Below are positions 58,368 to 64,000 of a DNA stretch of 64,000 nucleotides, piece by piece. The position numbers and the translations under genes are program-made. This DNA comes from Pseudomonadota bacterium (GTDB lineage Bacteria > Pseudomonadota > Gammaproteobacteria > Burkholderiales > Burkholderiaceae_C): the NCBI GenBank assembly GCA_041169165.1, contig JBEEJN010000018.1, positions 18,736-82,735 on the forward strand, in the 5' to 3' direction. Position 1 is the first letter of the stretch. Every line of letters begins with the position of its first letter. A model generated the notes under the pieces. It was not told the DNA's origin. It did not search any database and saw only the letters and a program-made list of their open reading frames with translations.

Positions 58368-60104
58368 ATGCGTACCACCGTCCGACGCAGTCCAATTACA
58401 GCATCGAGCTTCGCGTTTTTAGCCCTCCTCCTGGTGGCGCTGACTGCCTGCTCCGCAACTCCTGCTGAACTGCCCGCCGCAGAAAGCAAGCCCAATACTT
58501 GCGCTGCGCTCGCCGGCAATTCCATCGCTTCGACAGCCACCGGGCTTCCCCGCGGCAAGGCGGTTGTCGATGCGGCCCAACTGCTGGCCGCCACGCCCGC
58601 CACCGCCACCACCCCCGCCATCGCCGAGCACTGCAAGATCCTCGGCCACATCGACCCGGTCGACCCGGCGGCCGAGCCCATCCAGTTCCAGCTCAACCTG
58701 CCGGTGGCGTGGAATCACAAGGCCTTGCAGTACGGCGGCGGGGGCTACAACGGCACCTTGACCACGGGCATGACGCCGCTGCGTGATGCGGCGCCGGACG
58801 ATGTGCTGCCGCTCACGCGCGGCTACGCGACGCTGGGCACGGACTCGGGGCACCAGCTCTCGCGCTACGCCGCCAACGAGATCGCGCGTTTCGGCCTCAA
58901 CGACGAGATGCTGGCCAACTACGCCTACGCCTCGTACAAGAAGGTGCGCGACGCGGCGGTGGTGCTGATGCAGCGCCATTACGGCCAGGCGCCGCAGCGC
59001 GTCTACTACTTCGGCGGGTCGGAGGGCGGGCGCGAGGGGCTGACGATGGCGCAGCGTTTTCCGGCCGACTACGACGGCATCGTCAGCGTCGTGCCCGTGG
59101 TGCAGCTGTCGATGCTGTTCCAGTCCTACCTGCCGCATGTGCGGCCGCAGTTCGCGGGCGGGTGGATGAAGCCGGCCAAGGTCGAGGCGCTGGCGCGCTA
59201 CGTCAACCGCGTGTGTGATGGCCTGGACGGGCTGGAGGACGGCGTGGTCAACCAGTGGGCCTCTTGCTCACTGAACGCGGCGCAGGTGGACCTGCAGCGC
59301 CTGCGTTGTGATGGCGGAGGTGACAACGGCGATGCCTGCCTGTCGGACGCGCAACTCACGGCCGTGCGTGCCACGCGCGAGCCCTACACGCTGCCTTTTG
59401 CCGTGGCCAACGGCCGGCGCAGCTACCCGCCCACGCTGCTGGGCCACGAGACCACGCCCGACCCGCGCGCGCCGACCATGACGCGCTGGGTGATGGGCAG
59501 CGCCGCGCCCACGCCGGCGGTGGATGCGGCCACGGCCTCGCAGCAATGGCTCTACGGCGCCAACTTCGTGCGCTTCTTCGTCACGCGCGACGCGGGCTAT
59601 GACGTGCGCAACTTCGACCCCGCGGCGCACGAGGCGCGGCTGCGCGAGGTGTCGGCGCTGATCGATTCGTCCAACCCCGACCTCTCGGCCTTCTTCGCCC
59701 GTGGCGGCAAGCTCATCCTGCGCGAGAACATGGGTGACCTGGCGCAGAGCCCGCTGGCCGGCATCGCCTACTTCGAGGCAGTGAAGGCCAGGCTGGGTGC
59801 GGCGGCGGTCGACGCCTCGGCGCGGCTCTACATCTCGCCGGCTTCCACCCACACCGGCCATGCGACGAGCGTGACCACCGGCGACCGCGTGGCCACCATG
59901 GCCGACCTGCTCGACCCGCTGGATGCCTGGGTGAGCACCGGCCAGGCCCCGCCCGAGGCCATCGTGCAGACGGTGAAGAGCCCGGCGCCGCCCCACGCCC
60001 TGCAGGCCAGTCGGCCGATGTGCCGCTACCCGGGCTATCCGCATTACATGGGCGGCGAGCCCAAGCAGGCGGCGAGCTACGCCTGTCGGTCAGCGCTGCC
60101 CTGA
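58368..60104 (+). CDS. Tannase/feruloyl esterase family alpha/beta hydrolase (lipoprotein)
   Basis: Lipobox LTAC; IQFQLNLPVAWN, GGGGYNG, GTDSGH, GGSEGGREG, YDGIVS, NPDLSAFFARGGKL, RPMCRYP. Confidence 0.92.
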   Translation: MRTTVRRSPITASSFAFLALLLVALTACSATPAELPAAESKPNTCAALAGNSIASTATGLPRGKAVVDAAQLLAATPATATTPAIAEHCKILGHIDPVDPAAEPIQFQLNLPVAWNHKALQYGGGGYNGTLTTGMTPLRDAAPDDVLPLTRGYATLGTDSGHQLSRYAANEIARFGLNDEMLANYAYASYKKVRDAAVVLMQRHYGQAPQRVYYFGGSEGGREGLTMAQRFPADYDGIVSVVPVVQLSMLFQSYLPHVRPQFAGGWMKPAKVEALARYVNRVCDGLDGLEDGVVNQWASCSLNAAQVDLQRLRCDGGGDNGDACLSDAQLTAVRATREPYTLPFAVANGRRSYPPTLLGHETTPDPRAPTMTRWVMGSAAPTPAVDAATASQQWLYGANFVRFFVTRDAGYDVRNFDPAAHEARLREVSALIDSSNPDLSAFFARGGKLILRENMGDLAQSPLAGIAYFEAVKARLGAAAVDASARLYISPASTHTGHATSVTTGDRVATMADLLDPLDAWVSTGQAPPEAIVQTVKSPAPPHALQASRPMCRYPGYPHYMGGEPKQAASYACRSALP

Positions 60105-60107
60105 AAC

Positions 60108-60138
60108 ACCGGTGCTGCGCAAGTAGGGCAGCACCGGT
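60108..60138. terminator. GC-rich hairpin after the esterase gene (terminator-like, no U-tract)
   Basis: ACCGGTGCTGC ... GCAGCACCGGT, perfect 11-bp inverted repeat. Confidence 0.55.
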
Positions 60139-60202
60139 CAGCGTCTGAAACGGGAGACAGCGGCACGATTGTTAACAACCCGGCCACAGTCTGACCTCAG
60201 AA

Positions 60203-60231
60203 AATATGCGGTTCGCAATATCCCGCATATT
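60203..60231. promoter_or_regulatory. Operator-like inverted repeat upstream of the second DUF1800 gene
   Basis: AATATGCGG-N11-CCGCATATT just before the GGAGGA RBS. Confidence 0.5.
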
Positions 60232-60249
60232 CATCACGGAGGATAAGAA

Positions 60250-62661
60250 TTGAGTTGTCTCAAGTTTGAATGGCGAAGCCGACCCGTCTGGTCGGCTTTG
60301 TTGTTTCTGGTGCTGATGGCCTGGGCCGCCGGCCCGGCGCAGGCTTTTTATGTTGGCGCCACCCAGTTCCGTGACCTGCCCTGCGCCGGTGAAGGTGGCA
60401 ACTGCAGCTTTGTCGGCAGCGGTCCGGTGGCTTTTGGCGGCGGCGGCAAATACGTGGTGATCGCCAGTTCCACCAGCCGCGCCTGCAGCGTGGCGGGTTT
60501 TGGCAGCGATCCTGCCCCCGGCGTCGTCAAGGCCTGCTATGTCGGCACCAGCCTGGCGGCGGGCAATCTGCCGGTGGTCGCCGGCGGCGTGGCGTCGGCG
60601 GACGGCGCGGCGCTGCTGGTGGCAGGCGAACGTTTTGCACCCGTGCCCTGTTCGGTGGAATGGGGTCGCTGCAACTTCGGCGGGGTGCAGCGCGTCGCCT
60701 TCGGCGCCAACAACAACTTCGTGGTCGGCTGGGCGGTCGGCCCGGGCAACTGCAACAGCAGCTACTTCGGCGTCGACCCGGCGCCCGGCGTGGCCAAGGT
60801 GTGTTACCTCAGCAGCGCCGGCACGGCGGCCTATCCGCCGGCCACCTTGAACGTGCATGGCATGGACTTCGTCGCCCTGCCGTGTGCCGGCCAGTGGGGC
60901 CGCTGCAACTTCTACGGCAACCGCCACCTGGCCTATGGCGCGGCGGGCAAGTTCTTCATCACCCGCTCGGGCAGCGGGCCGCGCGACTGCAATGCCAACG
61001 CCGTCGGCTACGACCCGGACCCGACGCTCAGCAAGAGCTGCTACGTCAGCCTGGCGAGCTACCCGGCGCGCGCCTATCCGCCGCTCAACCCGGCGTTTTC
61101 GCCCGACCCGCAGCCGTTGCAGGACTCGCACAAGGACGCCGCACGGCTGCTGCAGCAGGCCACCTTCGGCGCCGATCTGGCCGAGATCGAGCGAGTGGCC
61201 ACGCTCACGCCCGAGCTCTGGGTGGCCGACCAGCTGGCCCAGCCGCTCACCCTGCCCAGCCACTGGGACTACGTCGCCAGCGGCGGTCCGCTGGGCACTT
61301 CGAAATACATCAACGCGGTGATGGAAAGCTTCTGGCAGCAAGCGGCGACCGGGCGCGACCAGTTGCGCCAGCGCATGGTCTGGGCGTTGTCGGAAATCTT
61401 CGTCGTCAGCACCGTCAACAGCAGCGTCAGCACCCAGCCCGAGGCCCATGCCGCCTACCTCGACATGTTGTCGCGCAATGCCTTCGGCAACTACCGCGAC
61501 CTGCTCGAAGGCGTGGCGCGCAGCCCGGCCATGGGCTTGTACCTGTCGCACATGCGCAATCAGAAGGAGGACGCCACCGGTCGCCTGCCGGACGAGAACT
61601 TTGCCCGCGAGGTGATGCAGCTGTTCAGCATCGGCCTGTGGCGCCTCAACCCGGACGGCTCGCGCCAGCTCGACGCCCAGGGCCTGCCGATCGCCAGCTA
61701 CGGCCTGGCCGATGTGATGGGCATGGCCAAGGTCTTCACCGGCTGGAGCTGGGGCGGCAGCGACAGCAGCGTCAACCGCTGGTATGGCTGGTCGGGCACG
61801 CCCTGGAACGAGCCGATGCAGAACTTCGCCAGCTTTCACTCCGGTAGCGAAAAACGCATCGTCGGCGGTGTGGTCATCCCGGCCGGCACCAGCGGGCCGG
61901 AGTCGCTGCGCATCGCCCTGGACACCCTGGCCAACCATGCCAATGTGGCGCCGTTCATGAGCGAGCAGCTCATCAAGCGTTTTGTCACCAGCAACCCCAG
62001 CCGCGACTACATCGGCCGGGTGGCTGCGGTCTGGGCCGACAACGGCCGCGGTGTGCGCGGCGACCTGGCGGCGGTGCTGGCCGCCATCCTGCTCGACCGC
62101 GAGGCGCGCGAGACCGGCCACATCGAGGACCCCGGCTGGGGCAAGCTGCGCGAGCCCATGCTGCGTTTCGCGCAGTGGATCCGTGCCTTCAACGCGGTGC
62201 CTTCCACCGGCGTGTGGGGCATCTGGAATCTGGAGGACACGGTGACCAGCCTGGGCCAGAACCCGCAGCGCGAAGCCAGCGTGTTCAGCTTCTTCCGCCC
62301 CAGTTATGCGCCGCCTGGCGCGGTGCAGGACGCCGGGCTCACCGCGCCCGAATTCCAGATCACCCACGAGACCACGCTGACCGGCTACGCCAACTTCATG
62401 TCCTGGACCGCCGAGCGTGGCTATGGCTCGACCATCAAGCCCGACTACAGCGCCCACATGGTGCTGGCCGACAACCCGCGCGCCCTGGTGAGCCGGCTTG
62501 ACCTGGAGCTGACCGGCGGGCGGCTGAGCGACACGGCGCGCGATCTCATCGTCGACGCGGTCGACCAGATCACCCTCATCAGCCCCAACGCACGCCAGAT
62601 CCGCGTCTGGAACGCGATCTTCCTCATCATGAACTCGCCCGACTACGTGGTGCAGCGCTGA
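60250..62661 (+). CDS. DUF1800 family protein with signal peptide and three N-terminal four-Cys repeats
   Basis: RBS GGAGGA plus TTG; signal ending AQA; core AARLLQQATFG, SPAMGLYLSHMRN, PDENFAREVMQLF, GKLREPMLR. Confidence 0.9.
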   Translation: MSCLKFEWRSRPVWSALLFLVLMAWAAGPAQAFYVGATQFRDLPCAGEGGNCSFVGSGPVAFGGGGKYVVIASSTSRACSVAGFGSDPAPGVVKACYVGTSLAAGNLPVVAGGVASADGAALLVAGERFAPVPCSVEWGRCNFGGVQRVAFGANNNFVVGWAVGPGNCNSSYFGVDPAPGVAKVCYLSSAGTAAYPPATLNVHGMDFVALPCAGQWGRCNFYGNRHLAYGAAGKFFITRSGSGPRDCNANAVGYDPDPTLSKSCYVSLASYPARAYPPLNPAFSPDPQPLQDSHKDAARLLQQATFGADLAEIERVATLTPELWVADQLAQPLTLPSHWDYVASGGPLGTSKYINAVMESFWQQAATGRDQLRQRMVWALSEIFVVSTVNSSVSTQPEAHAAYLDMLSRNAFGNYRDLLEGVARSPAMGLYLSHMRNQKEDATGRLPDENFAREVMQLFSIGLWRLNPDGSRQLDAQGLPIASYGLADVMGMAKVFTGWSWGGSDSSVNRWYGWSGTPWNEPMQNFASFHSGSEKRIVGGVVIPAGTSGPESLRIALDTLANHANVAPFMSEQLIKRFVTSNPSRDYIGRVAAVWADNGRGVRGDLAAVLAAILLDREARETGHIEDPGWGKLREPMLRFAQWIRAFNAVPSTGVWGIWNLEDTVTSLGQNPQREASVFSFFRPSYAPPGAVQDAGLTAPEFQITHETTLTGYANFMSWTAERGYGSTIKPDYSAHMVLADNPRALVSRLDLELTGGRLSDTARDLIVDAVDQITLISPNARQIRVWNAIFLIMNSPDYVVQR
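60367..61047 (+). repeat. Three tandem ~59-aa protein repeats
   Basis: 60367-60543, 60634-60810, 60868-61047; consensus F..LPC..EWGrCnF.G...vAfGa......  ....C....fG.DP.P.v.K.CY. Confidence 0.9.
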
Positions 62662-62680
62662 CTCAAGGCAGGACTTCGGC

Positions 62681-64000
62681 ATGAACAACCCCTCGACCCG
62701 CCGCGCCGTGCTGCGCCAGGCCCTGCGCCTGGGCGCGCTGGCCGGCAGCCCGTTTGCCTTCAACCTCGCCACCGTCGGCGCTGCCGCCGCCCAGGCCGCC
62801 CCGACTGACTACAAGGCGCTGGTGTGTGTCTACCTCAGCGGCGGCAACGACCAGAGCAACACCGTCGTGCCCTGCGAAGGCGCGGCCTACACCGACTACG
62901 CCAGCGCGCGCCCGAGCATTGCCCTGGCGCAATCAGCGCTGCTGCCGCTGTCGCCCTATGGCTACGCCGGGCCGCGCCTGGGCCTGAATCCGGCGCTGGC
63001 CGCGCTCAAGCCGCTGTTCGACACCGGCAGCTGCGCGCTGCTGGCCAATGTCGGCACGCTGGTGGAGCCGACCACGCTGGCGCAGCTCCGCGCTGGCTCG
63101 GTGCGTCTGCCCCAGGGCCTGTTCTCGCATTCCGACCAGGCCGGCGCCTGGCAGACCGGCCTGCCGGATCGGCCTTCGGTGAGCGGCTGGTTTGGCCGCA
63201 TCGCCGATCTGATGGCGTCCACCCATGCCGGCAGCGTCGTGCCCATGGGCATCTCGATCGCCGGCAACAACGCCCTGCAGGCCGGCGCGCACACGGTGCA
63301 ATACCAGGTGACGAACAACGGGCCGGTGACCATCGACACCCTCACGCCCACCCACTGGCGCTACAGCAAGACCATGGCGCCGGTGCTGCAGCAGCTCATC
63401 AGCGGCTCGCGCAGCCACCTGATGGAGTCGGCCTACACCGAGATCGGCGCGCGCTCCATTGCCGCCGGGCAGGTGACGGCGGCGGCGCTGGCGGCCTCGG
63501 TCACGCCGTCGACGGTGTTTCCGTCCACCGCCATCGGCCAGCAGTTGCGCATGGTGGCGCGCATGGTCGCCGCCCGCACCGGCCTGGGTCAGACGCGCCA
63601 GGTCTTCTACGTCTCGCACGGCAGCTATGACTTCCACGACACGCTGGTGGCCAGCCAGGGCTCGCGGCTGAAGGAACTGGCCGACGCGCTGGCCGCCTTC
63701 CAGGCCGCCATGGTCGAGCTGGGCGTGGCGCAGGGGGTCACCGCCTTCACCGCATCGGACTTCGGCCGCGGCCTGCAGACCAACGGCCGCGGCTCGGACC
63801 ATGGCTGGGGCAGCCATCACTTCGCGCTCGGCGGCGCGGTGCAGGGCAACCGGGTGTATGGCGCCTGGCCCACGGTGCGGATCGGCGGCCCGGAAGACGT
63901 CGGCCAGGGCCGTCTGCTGCCCACGACTTCGGTCGACCAGTACGCCGCCACGCTGGCCGACTGGTTCGGCGTCGACGCCGGCCTGTTGCCCGAGGTGCTG
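62681..64000 (+). CDS. DUF1501 family protein, Tat-exported, 3'-truncated by the window edge
   Basis: Read by hand (absent from the ORF track because there is no stop): MNNPSTRRAVLR, YKALVCVYLSGGND, LFSHSDQ, YDFH, SDFGRG, GSDHGWG. Confidence 0.9.
   Translation, partial: MNNPSTRRAVLRQALRLGALAGSPFAFNLATVGAAAAQAAPTDYKALVCVYLSGGNDQSNTVVPCEGAAYTDYASARPSIALAQSALLPLSPYGYAGPRLGLNPALAALKPLFDTGSCALLANVGTLVEPTTLAQLRAGSVRLPQGLFSHSDQAGAWQTGLPDRPSVSGWFGRIADLMASTHAGSVVPMGISIAGNNALQAGAHTVQYQVTNNGPVTIDTLTPTHWRYSKTMAPVLQQLISGSRSHLMESAYTEIGARSIAAGQVTAAALAASVTPSTVFPSTAIGQQLRMVARMVAARTGLGQTRQVFYVSHGSYDFHDTLVASQGSRLKELADALAAFQAAMVELGVAQGVTAFTASDFGRGLQTNGRGSDHGWGSHHFALGGAVQGNRVYGAWPTVRIGGPEDVGQGRLLPTTSVDQYAATLADWFGVDAGLLPEVL

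Larger units (their letters stand above)
54590..58500. other. Low-GC genomic island of orphan exported/membrane genes
   Basis: Hand counts of sample 60-nt lines give about 30-45% GC versus about 70% in the flanks; abrupt left edge near 54590; no mobility gene. Confidence 0.85.

Noticed and set aside
60166-60182. Sigma-54 promoter upstream of the second DUF1800 (CGGCACGATTGTTAAC)
   Set aside because: The -24 half is good but the -12 GC is replaced by AA.
5647-62772. Very long antisense or alternative-frame ORFs (e.g. 5647-7533, 9831-12362, 30185-32257, 32239-35349, 60172-62772, 20009-21871)
   Set aside because: They are shadows of real genes caused by strong GC3 bias: Ala/Arg/Gly-rich translations with no family motifs, fully overlapping motif-bearing CDSs.
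1-64000. CRISPR array, rRNA, tRNA, integrase, transposase
   Set aside because: No regularly spaced identical repeats with unique spacers, no tRNA/rRNA-like stretches, and no DDE, tyrosine or serine recombinase motifs were recognised. The 43-bp doublet at 50974-51064 has only two units with a 5-nt gap.

Overview
This is a GC-rich (about 70% by eye) bacterial chromosome segment. Gene content and codon style suggest Burkholderiales of the Rubrivivax/Ideonella/Methylibium type (inference). From left to right it holds: a REC / REC-PAS-histidine kinase / REC-GGDEF signalling cluster; GST, esterase and SDR genes; a first DUF1800-DUF1501 pair; a ROK-regulated sugar operon; rsxB-phaZ; an HDOD protein; divergent hppA and ppa; and an accessory two-gene insertion (about 1500-aa SF1 helicase plus C-terminal nuclease, coupled to a degenerate J-domain-like protein). 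These are followed by a GNAT/nadE pair, a Zn-metalloprotease lipoprotein, an atypical chemoreceptor, aminopeptidase P, a fatty-acyl cluster (acyl-CoA ligase, ILVBL-like ThDP lyase, thiolase, acyl-CoA dehydrogenase) and a lone pdeM. The right end has a GntR-aldolase-TRAP-kinase operon with a second dctM, a low-GC island (about 4 kb) of orphan exported proteins, a tannase-family esterase and a second DUF1800-DUF1501 pair running off the window. I found no rRNA, tRNA, CRISPR array, integrase or transposase. The best candidates for undescribed biology are (1) the helicase-nuclease plus J-like putative defence cassette, (2) the two exported DUF1800/DUF1501 pairs with exchangeable N-terminal modules, one a triple Cys-containing repeat I cannot assign to a family, and (3) the low-GC island whose edges appear to run into the flanking genes. 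All family assignments come from motif recognition by eye; no searches were run.
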